NCBI GenBank assembly: GCA_965203095.1 | Contig: OZ241877.1 | Span: 832,001 to 896,000, forward strand | Direction: 5' to 3' | DNA: 64,000 bases | Source of the DNA: Bdellovibrionales bacterium | Lineage (GTDB): Bacteria > Bdellovibrionota > Bdellovibrionia > Bdellovibrionales > UBA1609 | In this document: in pieces, positions 19,421-30,059 of the stretch | Position numbering within the stretch: position 1 is the first letter of the stretch | How the letters are laid out: each line of letters starts with the position of its first letter | Program-made: the position numbers and the translations under genes | The notes under the pieces: model-generated | The model's database searches: none | Told to the model about the DNA's origin: nothing | Seen by the model: only the letters and a program-made list of their open reading frames with translations

Positions 19421-20881
19421 ATGTCTACAAATACAAAACCTATCGAATGTTTGGGAAGTTATATCAGAGGGGATTTTGAGTTTTCTCCCTCTCTTTCGCC
19501 CAATAAAAATTTTGAACAGGTCCGCAAAAGTCCGGCAGATTTTGAGGACATTGTTTTCCGGCAAGTCCCAACCCCGCTTTCTTCTATAACTTTAGCTGTA
19601 AAAGAAGGGGAAAAAGCTTATCTCCCATGGACCCGGCTAAAACCAGAAGAGCGAGCCAAAAAGCTGGCACCACTAAAACAAATAATAAAGAGGAACTTGC
19701 CAGAGCTTTCACAAACTATATCTCGTGAAATAGGCAAACCCCTTTGGGAAAGTGAGGGGGAAGTAAAATCCCTTATTGCCAAAGTAGATTTTGTTTTAAA
19801 AGAGGGTTTGAATCGCATCCGGAAACAAGAGATTTTACCAGCTAAAGGGCAAATCCGTTTTAAAAGTCGTGGGCTTTTTGTTGTGGTTGGGCCTTTTAAT
19901 TTTCCCATGCATCTGCCCTTAGGGCAAATTTTGCCCGCTCTAATCAGTGGCAATACAGTAATTTTTAAACCATCGGAAAAAGCCCCCGCTACTGGGCAAA
20001 AACTAGCGGAACTGTTTCACAAATTGAATCTTCCAGTAGGGGTTTTTCAAATGTTAACAGGTGGGGCCCGCTTGTCGGCAAAGCTTTGCACTCAGCCCTT
20101 AGTGGATGGTGTTTTTTTTACGGGTTCTTTTAAAACAGGCCAAAAAATCAAAGAGGCTTTGCTTAAAGACCCTTTTAAAATTTTGGCTTTGGAAATGGGA
20201 GGATACAACAGTGCTTTGATTTGGGACAACTCCTCTATAGAGCAGGCTTTAACAGAAAGCCTTAAAGGGAGTTTTTTTTCTGCTGGGCAAAGGTGCTCCT
20301 CCACTTCACAGATCATCCTTCACAAAAGTCTTTCAGAGGAGTTTGCCAAAGAGTTTGTCCGCCAAGCCCAAAAGCTTTCTGTAGATCATTACAGCCAAAA
20401 CCCTTTTATGGGCCCTTTAATTGATCAACAGGCGGTGCAGAGGCATTTTTCCTTTCAAAAAGAGATTCAAAAAGCTGGAGGGGAAACTTTGTTAGAAAGC
20501 CATCTTCTCAAAAGCAAAAAGGGCCATTATGTTGGCCCTGGAATTTACAAAATGAGTTTCACTGCTGGATCCCCCATAGGGACAGAGGAGACCTTCACCC
20601 CACAAGTAATCTTGTATGAAACAGAGGATTTAGATCAGGCTTTAGATATAATCCATCACTCTCAATATGGCTTGAGCTTATCGCTATTTACAAAAGATCC
20701 GGCACTGAGGGAGGAAATGTTTTACCGTGCCAAAGTGGGCTTAATTCATTACAATTTGTCCACCATTGGGGCAAGCGGATTTTTGCCCTTTGGAGGTTTA
20801 GGAAAATCTGGGAACGACCGCCCTGCAGGAGCTTTTGCTATTGACTCTTGTGTCAGCCCCTTGGCGGAAAGATTTGCTTGA
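19421..20881 (+). CDS. astD: Aldehyde dehydrogenase, succinylglutamate-semialdehyde dehydrogenase-like
   Basis: GPFNFP, FKPSE, FTGS, LEMGG, SAGQRCS, PFGGLGKSGNDRP. Confidence 0.75.
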   Translation: MSTNTKPIECLGSYIRGDFEFSPSLSPNKNFEQVRKSPADFEDIVFRQVPTPLSSITLAVKEGEKAYLPWTRLKPEERAKKLAPLKQIIKRNLPELSQTISREIGKPLWESEGEVKSLIAKVDFVLKEGLNRIRKQEILPAKGQIRFKSRGLFVVVGPFNFPMHLPLGQILPALISGNTVIFKPSEKAPATGQKLAELFHKLNLPVGVFQMLTGGARLSAKLCTQPLVDGVFFTGSFKTGQKIKEALLKDPFKILALEMGGYNSALIWDNSSIEQALTESLKGSFFSAGQRCSSTSQIILHKSLSEEFAKEFVRQAQKLSVDHYSQNPFMGPLIDQQAVQRHFSFQKEIQKAGGETLLESHLLKSKKGHYVGPGIYKMSFTAGSPIGTEETFTPQVILYETEDLDQALDIIHHSQYGLSLSLFTKDPALREEMFYRAKVGLIHYNLSTIGASGFLPFGGLGKSGNDRPAGAFAIDSCVSPLAERFA

Positions 20882-20882
20882 T

Positions 20883-21890
20883 ATGAAAAAACTGCTTTTG
20901 GGCCTTCTTTTTGCTATTGGATTTTTTATTTCACTTTTTAGTGGCTATCGGTTGTTTTGGCCTATAGGGGGGGAAAGCCAAGAGCTTTCTCTTGATGTTC
21001 CCCCTGGGCAAAGTTTTTATAAAATAGCAGAAGAACTGGCTGAAAAAAGGCTTATTCGCTCTTCTTGGGATATGAAAGTTCTGGTTAAATTGGCCCATTC
21101 CCCCTCCCTCCCCCAAGGCTTGTATAAGCTTTCCTCTGAAATGTCCCTTTGGCGTATTTTTCAAAAAATCCGGAGGGGCCGGGAAGAGCTTTTTTCCATC
21201 TCTTTTCCCGAAGGCTTTAACCACTATGAAATGGGGGAACTTTTAAAAAGCCAAAACTGGCCTGCTGGGGAGTTTTTTTTAAAGCGGGCAAGAGATAAAA
21301 AACTGATTCAGAAACTTTTAAAACAAAATTTCAACTCCTTTGAAGGTTATTTGTTTCCGGACACCTATCATTTAGGAAAATATACTTCTGCTGAAGATCT
21401 AATTGAAATGATGACTAAAAAACAAAAAGAGGTTTATAAAAAACTTTCCCCTTTGCCTTTGCCCATCCCGCTGAGCACTCACCAAATTGTCACCTTAGCC
21501 AGCCTGATTGAAAAAGAGACCGGACAAGCCAAAGAGCGAGCTTTAATTGCTGGGGTATTTTACAACCGGCTCCGGAAAAACATGAAACTTCAAACAGACC
21601 CCAGCATACTTTATGCCCTTTACTTGGTCCAAGGTTTTGAAAGAGAGAAGAATATCCGGAAAAAAGACATTTTATTCCCTTCAGCTTATAATACTTATGT
21701 AATTCAGGGCCTTCCCCCGGGGCCTATAGCCAATCCAGGGGAAAAAAGCCTTCAAGCGGTTTTCACTCCAGAACCTTCTGATTATCTTTACTTTGTGAGT
21801 AAAAATGACGGAAGTCATAAGTTTTCAAAAAATTATAAAGAGCATAAGAAAGCGGTTTATAAGTATCAGATTCAGCCCTTTCAAAAATAG
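20883..21890 (+). CDS. mltG: Endolytic transglycosylase
   Basis: EGYLFPDTY, LASLIEKET, LQTDP, YNTY, GLPPGPIANPG. Confidence 0.95.
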   Translation: MKKLLLGLLFAIGFFISLFSGYRLFWPIGGESQELSLDVPPGQSFYKIAEELAEKRLIRSSWDMKVLVKLAHSPSLPQGLYKLSSEMSLWRIFQKIRRGREELFSISFPEGFNHYEMGELLKSQNWPAGEFFLKRARDKKLIQKLLKQNFNSFEGYLFPDTYHLGKYTSAEDLIEMMTKKQKEVYKKLSPLPLPIPLSTHQIVTLASLIEKETGQAKERALIAGVFYNRLRKNMKLQTDPSILYALYLVQGFEREKNIRKKDILFPSAYNTYVIQGLPPGPIANPGEKSLQAVFTPEPSDYLYFVSKNDGSHKFSKNYKEHKKAVYKYQIQPFQK

Positions 21891-22035
21891 AAGATAGGGC
21901 TTTAAGAAAACTGATAAAAAAGCTATTGACAGCTCACCCTGGGTATGACCTAATAATGAAAGAATAATATCTAACTTTTCGCCAACTTCTAAAACAGGAT
22001 GGATTCCGGTTCGGGCTATGGATAAACTATAAAAG

Positions 22036-23079
22036 ATGGGGCTTTTAACTCAAATCAGCAAATATTTTAATAAAGACATTGCCATAGACTTGGGCACGGC
22101 CAACACTTTGGTTTTTTCTCCAGGTCAGGGGATTATCTTAAATGAGCCTTCTGTAGTGACAATGCAGAAGGATTTTCAAAACGAAAAAAAAGTTCTGGCT
22201 GTGGGTGCAGAGGCGAAACACATGTTGGGGCGAACACCAGGGAACATTGTAGCTATTCGTCCTATTAAAGACGGGGTGATTGCTGATTTTGAAATCACGC
22301 AACAGATGCTGAAGTATTTTATTTCCAAATCTACAGAGCACTCTTCTTATTTTATCCGTCCCCGGATTGTGATCTGTGTGCCTTATGGGATCACTCAAGT
22401 GGAAAAAAGAGCTGTGCAGGAATCGGCTCTCTCCGCTGGAGCCAGAGCTGTGCATCTTATTGAGGAACCTTTGGCCGCTGCTATGGGGGCTGGGCTTCCC
22501 ATCACTGAGGCTATGGGAAATTTAGTGGTGGACATTGGGGGAGGGACAACAGGGGTAGCTATCATCTCCCTTGGTGGAATTGTGATTTGTGAGTCCATTA
22601 AAGTGGGTGGGGATAAATTTGACGAAGCCATTATCAATTACATTCGCCGGAACTTTAATCTTTTAATTGGAGAGAGAACAGCGGAAAACATAAAAATCAA
22701 ACTGGGGACAGCCTTTTGTGTGGAAAACGATAACAAGAGTTTAGCTGTCAAAGGCAGAGATTTGGTTTCCGGCACACCCAAAACAATCACTCTCAACCGC
22801 TTTCAAGTGAATAAAGCCCTTATGGACCCTTTAGAAAAAATCATTGGAGCCATTCGCCTCGCTTTAGAAAAAACCCCACCAGAGCTGGCTTCAGACATTG
22901 TAGATAATGGTTTGTTTTTAACAGGTGGGGGGGCACTTCTTCACAACATGGATCTTCTGTTGAAAGAAAAAACAGGACTTCCCGTCTCCGTAGCTGAAGA
23001 ACCTCTTTTTTGCGTGGTCCTTGGGGCCGGAAAAACCTTAGATCAATTAGATTTGCTCAATCAAATCACTATTAAATAA
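22036..23079 (+). CDS. mreB: Rod shape-determining protein (actin-like); no mreCD alongside
   Basis: IDLGTANT, DGVIADF, DIGGGTT, TPPELASDI, LTGGGALL. Confidence 0.97.
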   Translation: MGLLTQISKYFNKDIAIDLGTANTLVFSPGQGIILNEPSVVTMQKDFQNEKKVLAVGAEAKHMLGRTPGNIVAIRPIKDGVIADFEITQQMLKYFISKSTEHSSYFIRPRIVICVPYGITQVEKRAVQESALSAGARAVHLIEEPLAAAMGAGLPITEAMGNLVVDIGGGTTGVAIISLGGIVICESIKVGGDKFDEAIINYIRRNFNLLIGERTAENIKIKLGTAFCVENDNKSLAVKGRDLVSGTPKTITLNRFQVNKALMDPLEKIIGAIRLALEKTPPELASDIVDNGLFLTGGGALLHNMDLLLKEKTGLPVSVAEEPLFCVVLGAGKTLDQLDLLNQITIK

Positions 23080-23155
23080 TTTATCCTCTCTCTTTTTTAT
23101 CGGTAGTCTTATCAGGGAGAGGATTTTACAAATTTATAAAAAAAGAAGGCTGGAG

Positions 23156-24715
23156 TTATTTTTTAGGAATGAGCAATCTTGTCCCTGTTAAAAGTATGGT
23201 TTTGAGGTTCATGGAGTTGGCCTTCATAAGATTTAATAGAGGAATGTTATGTTTTTTTGCAATTCCGATTAAGGTATCTCCTTTGCGAACCACATAATAT
23301 TTTTTGGATTCGTTAGCAGGGGATCTGTGCTTGACCCTTAACTTTTGGCCGGGATGAATGAGCGGAGTCCCTTGTATGTTATTCATTAGTTTAAGTTGTT
23401 TCAAGCTCAAACCATGGAGCCGGGCAATACGGGATAGAGTTTGCCCTCTTCTTACCGTGTGAAATTCTTTTTTAGAGACTTTAGCTTTAGAGGGGGCTAT
23501 TTTAGAGACTGCCAGCTTTCGTGTGGGAATTTTTAATTTCTGCCCGATCCTCAAAAAAGAGCTGTTCCCTAAGCGATTCGCCCTTCGGAGTTTTCTTACA
23601 GTGGTCCGGTGCCGACGGGCAATTCTATAGAGACTATCCCCCCGACGCACCCGATACCAATAATGATAGTGATAACTGTATCGGGGCCGTTTCATCTGGC
23701 TCTTTTCCAAAGAGGCTTGAGCCAAAGCTTGAGAACCTACAGGAACACGAAGGTTGACTTCTCCCTCATAAATAGGCACATATTCCCCTTTATACATAGG
23801 ATTTAAGCTTTTTAATTCTTCCAAAGAAAGGCCAACATTTTGTGCCAGCTTTAAAAGAGATATAGGCTTTTTGACTTTTATCAGCTCATAACTGACTGGT
23901 TCTTGATAGTTCAAATTGTGAAAACCATATTTTTCCGGATCTTTAGAAATATGAATAGCGGCAATCAACTTAGGAATATAGTTTCGAGTTTCCCTGGGAA
24001 GGGCCTTTTTTTCACTCAAAAACCAAAAGTTCCGGTTGTAATGTCTCAAAACGGCCCGATTCACCCTATACTCTCCAGAATTGTAAGCCGCTAAGGCCAA
24101 AGGCCAGGATTCAAATAGGGAAAACAACTCTTTAAAATAATTCCCTGCCGCTCGTGTAGATAAAACAGGATCTCTTCTTTCATCCACAAAACCGTCAATT
24201 CTCAAACCATATCTTTTCCCTGTCCCCTGAATGAATTGCCAATATCCCACAGCATTAGCCCGGCTGAGAGCTTTTGGGCTAAACCCCGACTCAATAAGAG
24301 CTACATAAACTAAATTCTCTGGCAAATGCTTTTCTTTCAAAATGGATTTCATAAGAGGAATATAGCGGGAAGAACGTTCTAAATAGGCTGTCATATACTC
24401 CCGCCCTCGGTCAGTAAAATACTCAATCCAGCGATGAACTGCGGGATGGCTATCTAAGGAAATGTCACCATAAGGGCTTTTATAAGGCTTTTCCAAGCCC
24501 TTATAAAGTTGAGAGGAGCTGGATTCTTTATGAGAAACAGGGCTTTTTGTTTTAATAAAATGAGCACAACTGTTTAAAAAAATCCCGCTCAAGCCTAAAG
24601 TAATGGGCACTAAGTAGATGGTTTTTTTACAAAACTTTGATCCCCGGCTTTTAAATAAGGGAATGAACTTGTGAGTGTTCCCTAATGCTTTGACATATTT
24701 TAAAAAAAATAACAT
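23156..24715 (-). CDS. MltD-like lytic transglycosylase with multiple LysM domains
   Basis: ALIESGF, AVGYWQFI, DERRDP, AAYNSG, ETRNYIPK; three clear LysM repeats. Confidence 0.9.
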   Translation of the reverse strand: MLFFLKYVKALGNTHKFIPLFKSRGSKFCKKTIYLVPITLGLSGIFLNSCAHFIKTKSPVSHKESSSSQLYKGLEKPYKSPYGDISLDSHPAVHRWIEYFTDRGREYMTAYLERSSRYIPLMKSILKEKHLPENLVYVALIESGFSPKALSRANAVGYWQFIQGTGKRYGLRIDGFVDERRDPVLSTRAAGNYFKELFSLFESWPLALAAYNSGEYRVNRAVLRHYNRNFWFLSEKKALPRETRNYIPKLIAAIHISKDPEKYGFHNLNYQEPVSYELIKVKKPISLLKLAQNVGLSLEELKSLNPMYKGEYVPIYEGEVNLRVPVGSQALAQASLEKSQMKRPRYSYHYHYWYRVRRGDSLYRIARRHRTTVRKLRRANRLGNSSFLRIGQKLKIPTRKLAVSKIAPSKAKVSKKEFHTVRRGQTLSRIARLHGLSLKQLKLMNNIQGTPLIHPGQKLRVKHRSPANESKKYYVVRKGDTLIGIAKKHNIPLLNLMKANSMNLKTILLTGTRLLIPKK

Positions 24716-24763
24716 ATAGCCCTCATAATGCTTTTTTAAATAAAATAAACTGGCATTTTTCCC

Positions 24764-25675
24764 TTATAAAATGGTCTGAATTTGTTGTTGAATGAGAAGT
24801 TTTAAAATCTCTAAAATCTTTTCTTTCTTTTCCCCCGGTTTATGATAAAAATTCACATTTACAGAGTAGTCAAAACCGTCCAATGCAATAATCCTCAATC
24901 GGCCCAACCGGAGTTGTTTGGAAATACTATGAGCTGGTAAAAAACCACATCCTAAGCCGGATTCAATAGCTCTTTTGACAGTGCCCACATTATCGCATTG
25001 AAAGCTCGGCTCAATGGACAGGTTGTGCTCCTTAGCTTTTTTTTGAAAAAGATTTTGGAAAGCTAAATAATGATTTTCAACCTGTATCAGCCTTAGTTTC
25101 CCGATATCTTTAAAGTTCAAAATTTTAGGAAGTGTCAAATCTCTCCCTGCACCCACAAAATGCATACTGTCTTTAAACAGCAAACTTTTTTTAAATTGAG
25201 GAAAATCCCTGCCATACTCTTGCCTGAGATCAGGCATAATCACCGCATCTAAAGCCCCATCTTGCATACGGCGAATAACAGCTTCCCCTGTTCCATAAAA
25301 TAAAGACAGGCACATTTTGCTGTTCAGTTTGAGAAAGTTTCCAATTATTGGGGAGACCAAGTGCAATCCAATGGAGTTAACTGTAGAAACATTGATTTTT
25401 TCTCCAGAAAGCTGAAGGGAAATGGCTTGAATGGAATTTCTCGCTTTTTGAACCAAATTTAAAATTTTGCTGGCAGTTTCATAAAATATTTCACCTTGAA
25501 CTGTGGTTTTTACTTTTCTGGCATTTCGGGACAACAGTTTAACGCCAAAGTCCTTTTCCAACTGTCGAATCTGCTGACTGACTGCCGGTTGAGTGATGGA
25601 AAGCTTACTTGCGGCCGCTGTCATACTTCCTTCTGAAATTACAGTGCAAAAAGTGTAAAGATTTTGAAAATCCAT
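24764..25675 (-). CDS. LysR-family transcriptional regulator
   Basis: GSMTAAASKLSITQPAVSQQIRQLE helix-turn-helix. Confidence 0.93.
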   Translation of the reverse strand: MDFQNLYTFCTVISEGSMTAAASKLSITQPAVSQQIRQLEKDFGVKLLSRNARKVKTTVQGEIFYETASKILNLVQKARNSIQAISLQLSGEKINVSTVNSIGLHLVSPIIGNFLKLNSKMCLSLFYGTGEAVIRRMQDGALDAVIMPDLRQEYGRDFPQFKKSLLFKDSMHFVGAGRDLTLPKILNFKDIGKLRLIQVENHYLAFQNLFQKKAKEHNLSIEPSFQCDNVGTVKRAIESGLGCGFLPAHSISKQLRLGRLRIIALDGFDYSVNVNFYHKPGEKKEKILEILKLLIQQQIQTIL

Positions 25676-25893
25676 GCCTTATGATTTAATCAAAATAGAG
25701 ATAAAAGTCAAATGCTATTTATCGCCGTAAAAAACCAGCTCAAAATTAGAGGAATGGGCTTTTTTTCAAAAAAAATCATAAAATTTTTAAAAAAGGCTTT
25801 ATTTTTATATTTTTTAAGCTATGCTAAATTTTTATAGGATAAAATGTAAAAAAAGGCGAGCGGTTCGCCTAAAAACTTAAACCTAAGGTGATT

Positions 25894-26664
25894 ATGCAAA
25901 AATGGTTTTTTCTTTTAATGGCTTTCTGTTGGACAGCTCAGGGCAAACCCTTTAACAATTCTTATATCAGCTTTGATATACCTGAAACATGGGCCTGTAG
26001 GGCTTTTGGCACAGACTGGGTGTGCCACAGCAAATTTCAAGATAAAAAAGTGGAAGCCATAATCACATCCACTGCAAAAGTGGCTGGGCCTAATGACACT
26101 TTAAACGAATATAAAACCTATCTCCAGCAAGAAAAAACATGGTCCAATATTCGAAAAGAGCAGATCACTTCTGAAAAAATGACACCGGCCAAAGTGATTT
26201 TTATCAATAGATTTCAATGGGTGGACAGCATTCATAAAAATAGTGAGGTGAAATCCTATATCAGTCGCTATGTGGGCACTGTGTGTTGCCAAGGCAAATC
26301 CTCTCAGTTAGGGATTTTAGTGGTTTTGAGTGCCCATCAAGATCATTACACAAAATATTCTAACATATTTATTAAAACAGTTAACAGTTTGAAGGTTCAA
26401 GATATTGATAAAGCGATCTCTAAAGTCCGTGCCCATCAAGGGCAGGCCGAAGGGCAAATGACAGATTACTTAGGGGGCCTATTTGACGATTCCGATGGTG
26501 AGGGTTTAGACGACACAAATGCTACTGATGACAAACTCTTCGGTTTGGACATTAAACAGTTAGGAGCACTGGCAGGAGTTGCTGTTGTCTTTTTTATGTA
26601 TTTCATCATTAAAAAGGGAAGTAAAAAATCTCGTTCGCGAAGAAGGAGGCGGAGGAGAAGATAA
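25894..26664 (+). CDS. Exported protein with a C-terminal TM helix and poly-Arg tail (hypothetical)
   Basis: Signal peptide, acidic linker, TM helix, then KKGSKKSRSRRRRRRRR. Confidence 0.7.
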   Translation: MQKWFFLLMAFCWTAQGKPFNNSYISFDIPETWACRAFGTDWVCHSKFQDKKVEAIITSTAKVAGPNDTLNEYKTYLQQEKTWSNIRKEQITSEKMTPAKVIFINRFQWVDSIHKNSEVKSYISRYVGTVCCQGKSSQLGILVVLSAHQDHYTKYSNIFIKTVNSLKVQDIDKAISKVRAHQGQAEGQMTDYLGGLFDDSDGEGLDDTNATDDKLFGLDIKQLGALAGVAVVFFMYFIIKKGSKKSRSRRRRRRRR

Positions 26665-26698
26665 TCTCCCTATCTCAGTGGGCTTTATAAGCTCAAGT

Positions 26699-28261
26699 TT
26701 ATGAAAATTTATGAGCAATAGGTTTTTTCCAAGACTCTCCTAAATCTTTTTCACTCAACTTTAAAATGATAGGGGCTTGTGCTCTTTTAAATTCCTGTTT
26801 TTGAACAAGATTCTCTATCTCTCTTCCTTTAAAAGTTTTTGGTGTTTGGCCTTGAAGGATCTTTTCAAGCAAAGGATCCAGCTGATGGTAAGGGAGGAGG
26901 TCATCTCTGTCTTTTTGCCGAGGGGCCAACTCAGCACTGGGCTCTCTTAACAAAAGACTGTTAGGAAAAAGTTTTCGTTTTTTATTGATATAACGAGCCA
27001 GATCATAAACTTGGCTTTTCCAAAGGTCGCCAATAGGGCAAAGGGCCCCACACAGATCGCCATATAAGGTGGCATAGCCAACAGCTATTTCACTTTTATT
27101 TCCTGTAGATAAGAGCAAGCTTGAGGATTCGTTGCTGGCAGACATTAAAATTAAAGCCCTCAGCCGGGACTGAATATTTTGAAGAGTCACAGGATTCCGG
27201 CAAGCTCTTTTATTAAAAAACCATTTTAAAAAAACATTATAAAGAGAGTTTATGTCTTTTTCCCTCAGCTCCACTTTCAGTTTATGGGCTATAAGCCGAG
27301 CCATTTTAAAGCTAATGCTTTGAGTGTGAGGCCCCGGTAAAAAATAAACTTTCACTTGCCTTGCCCCTAAGGCCTGAACTGTCAAATAAGTTGTCAGGGC
27401 AGAGTCTAAGCCTCCGCTCAGGCCCAAAATGGCTTTAGAAAAACCTGTTTGAGCAAAAAAGTCCCTTATTCCCAAAACAATAGCTTGCTCCCTGGCCTGC
27501 TGAATGTTTAACAAGCCTCTTACTTTTTGATGAGTCTTCTGAATGGTTTTTCTATTTGAAATATTGAGAATTTTCACTTCCTCTTTAAAAAAAGCCCCTT
27601 GCCATATTCGATCCCCTTGGCAATTTAAAGCAAAGCTGGCCCCGTCAAAAATCAAGCTATCTTGTGCCCCCACACGATTTAAATAAATGGCAGGGCAACG
27701 GTATTGACTTGTCAGATAGTGCATTCTTTTCAACCTGCTTTCTGGCTTTTGATCTGTGTAAGGGGAGGCGTTGATAGCTATTAACAGATCCGCAGGGGCC
27801 TGAGGGGAAACTTGCCAAAGATCTTCACATATCAGTATTTGGATTTTTTGATTATTCCAGAAAAAAAAGTTCTCCTCTGTCCGACCTCTTTCAAAGTAGC
27901 GAGATTCAAAAAATACGCCTTTATCGGGAAGAAACTCTTTTGCAAAAAAAACTGGCTTTTTATTTTTTTCAAAAAGAAAAACCCCGTTTTTCATGCCCTC
28001 TTCACTTTTAATAAAAGTGGGAAGTAAAAGGCCAAAGCCTTTTTTTAAACTTTTGTGGATCCGGTTCAGGTTTTTTTCCTGAATTTTAAAATATTTCTCA
28101 TGGTTTAAAAAATCCTTTGGAGGATAACCCCATAAGCCTCCTTCAGGAAAAACAGCCAATTCCGCTTTGTTCTCAATTTTTTTTAAAATCTTTAAAACTT
28201 GAGAACCATTCTTATGAAAATCCCCAAGGGGAAGTTTCACTTGAGCTAAAGCCAACTTCAT
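26699..28261 (-). CDS. nadE: NAD+ synthase with an N-terminal CN-hydrolase domain
   Basis: FPE, ICEDLW, GLSGGLDS, NIQSRLR, TGNKSE, GYATLYGD, PSAEL. Confidence 0.95.
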   Translation of the reverse strand: MKLALAQVKLPLGDFHKNGSQVLKILKKIENKAELAVFPEGGLWGYPPKDFLNHEKYFKIQEKNLNRIHKSLKKGFGLLLPTFIKSEEGMKNGVFLFEKNKKPVFFAKEFLPDKGVFFESRYFERGRTEENFFFWNNQKIQILICEDLWQVSPQAPADLLIAINASPYTDQKPESRLKRMHYLTSQYRCPAIYLNRVGAQDSLIFDGASFALNCQGDRIWQGAFFKEEVKILNISNRKTIQKTHQKVRGLLNIQQAREQAIVLGIRDFFAQTGFSKAILGLSGGLDSALTTYLTVQALGARQVKVYFLPGPHTQSISFKMARLIAHKLKVELREKDINSLYNVFLKWFFNKRACRNPVTLQNIQSRLRALILMSASNESSSLLLSTGNKSEIAVGYATLYGDLCGALCPIGDLWKSQVYDLARYINKKRKLFPNSLLLREPSAELAPRQKDRDDLLPYHQLDPLLEKILQGQTPKTFKGREIENLVQKQEFKRAQAPIILKLSEKDLGESWKKPIAHKFS

Positions 28262-28350
28262 AACATTAAAAGCCTCTTTAAAAATAAATTTATATAACTA
28301 ACTTTCATTCTTGAAAAAAAAATTGTTTTAACAGGCTGGTGGAGAGCAGG

Positions 28351-29319
28351 TCATTCCTCTTGCCTCAGCTGTAGGAATTCCACCTCTTCACCTTTTAAAA
28401 CAAAAGGTATATCTTGCTGGACCCAGCCCTCCTGATCGGGTAAAAACTCATAGCGAGCTAATGTTTGAATGACAAAATTATCTAATTCTGTATGCCCAGA
28501 GGATTTTTCTAACTGAATTTGCTCTACAAGCCCCCTTCCTGTCACAAAAAAAGAAATAGAAACCGTCCCCTGCATACCAGCCCTTCGAGCAAAGTCCGGG
28601 TAAGACAAAGGGGGGTTGCCTCTTTTTTGCTTTTTACCTTGAAAATTCAAAACAGGCTCTTCAGGAACTGCTTTTTCTGAAGGAGTGGTTTGAGAAGATT
28701 CCGATATATCTGTGCTTTTTTGTGAAGGACTGGTATTTTTCGCCGGAGCCACTGATGGCGATTCCAACTCAGCTGTTTTTAAAGGAGGGGGGCTGGGTTC
28801 TGGAATTTCTTTCAGCTCTAATTCTATAACAGGATCCGGCACCTTTTCTGGCCCCGGCGGGGTTGTTTTGGGCGGGTCCGGTTCTACTACGAGAGGTGGG
28901 GGAGCTATAACTTTTAAAGGCTTTTTTGGGCTGGGTTCTTCCTTTTTAACGGGAGTAAGCTTATCTTTTATAGGCTTCTTTTCAGCCTCTTCTTCTGCTT
29001 TTATTTTAGGAGGATCCAGCGGGCTTTCAGGCTTTATGGTCTCTGTTTTTGTTGAATCTTTTTGTGGCTTTATGGCTTTTTTTATCTTCTTCAACCATGA
29101 GGCTTTTCCCTCAGATTTTTCCTTCAAAACAGGTTTTGAATGGGGTTGAGCCGTCCATTCCGGTGGAGGAGGGGTAAGGGCTTCTTCCTCTAATTCCTCT
29201 TCTTCTAACTCTGAGACTGGCTGAGGGCCTATCCGGATAGGGTTATAATAAAAATAAAGGGCAATGGCTCCCACCACATGGATGATTAGAGAAGCTATTA
29301 CAAAAGATTTTAATTTCAT
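28351..29319 (-). CDS. TonB-family energy transducer
   Basis: N-terminal TM with SxxxH, Pro/Glu/Lys-rich linker, YPDFARRAGMQGTV...SSGHTELD. Confidence 0.9.
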   Translation of the reverse strand: MKLKSFVIASLIIHVVGAIALYFYYNPIRIGPQPVSELEEEELEEEALTPPPPEWTAQPHSKPVLKEKSEGKASWLKKIKKAIKPQKDSTKTETIKPESPLDPPKIKAEEEAEKKPIKDKLTPVKKEEPSPKKPLKVIAPPPLVVEPDPPKTTPPGPEKVPDPVIELELKEIPEPSPPPLKTAELESPSVAPAKNTSPSQKSTDISESSQTTPSEKAVPEEPVLNFQGKKQKRGNPPLSYPDFARRAGMQGTVSISFFVTGRGLVEQIQLEKSSGHTELDNFVIQTLARYEFLPDQEGWVQQDIPFVLKGEEVEFLQLRQEE

Positions 29320-29349
29320 AAATCCTCAAGTTTTTATATCCGAGTTAAA

Positions 29350-29937
29350 CTAACTCTCTTCGCACCAAGCTCCTTGATGGTTGAGGCTCAATTCCTTATT
29401 GGAGTCAAGAGTGATAGCCCCTAAAATGAACTGATCACAATCGCACCATGTTGTAGGAGTGGGTGGGCAGGAGGAAAAATCACCCGTAGCCAAAGCATTC
29501 ACCCCAGTTCCTGGTTTACAAGAATTTTTATGAGTATAATTGAGGTCATTGCATATTTCAACATTATCTGTAGCCTTGTTTAAATTATCATTTTTGTAAT
29601 TATAGTAAATCCAGCCTCCTGTCATAGTGCTCGATAGGCTACCTCCTGGGTTGGGGTATTTATTGCAACATATAACCGCCGGGTCACCTGCTGTCCCCAC
29701 CCTGGCCAAAAGCTTACCTTTAGGCCGATAGCCCATGGCATAGATATATTGATGATAATGCCCGTCAGTAGATTTAACCATTTTCATCAAGCGGGATAGA
29801 GCTATCATCTCCACCTTAGCCCAAGTGATAGCACCGGTTTGCTTTTGTTTATTGTAAAACCTCATGCCCACCAATACCAACATTCCCAGGATGGATGTTA
29901 TCACTAACAGCTCCACTAAAGAAAAGGCTTTGCTCAT
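29350..29937 (-). CDS. Type IV pilin-like protein
   Basis: KA|FSLVELL prepilin motif, hydrophobic helix, Cys-rich globular domain. Confidence 0.8.
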   Translation of the reverse strand: MSKAFSLVELLVITSILGMLVLVGMRFYNKQKQTGAITWAKVEMIALSRLMKMVKSTDGHYHQYIYAMGYRPKGKLLARVGTAGDPAVICCNKYPNPGGSLSSTMTGGWIYYNYKNDNLNKATDNVEICNDLNYTHKNSCKPGTGVNALATGDFSSCPPTPTTWCDCDQFILGAITLDSNKELSLNHQGAWCEES

Positions 29938-30059
29938 CGGATATTAGACTTTTTGTAAAAACAGGATTTGTCAATAAAAAACCAGAAAAAAGGCCAAGTC
30001 CTCCATTTTTTAAACCGATTGACGAAAGCCACACAAAAGTTTAATAAAGGGGCAAAAGT

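Noticed and set aside
28712..29149. Gly/Phe-rich 145-aa ORF
   Set aside because: Antisense shadow of the Pro/Lys-rich TonB linker
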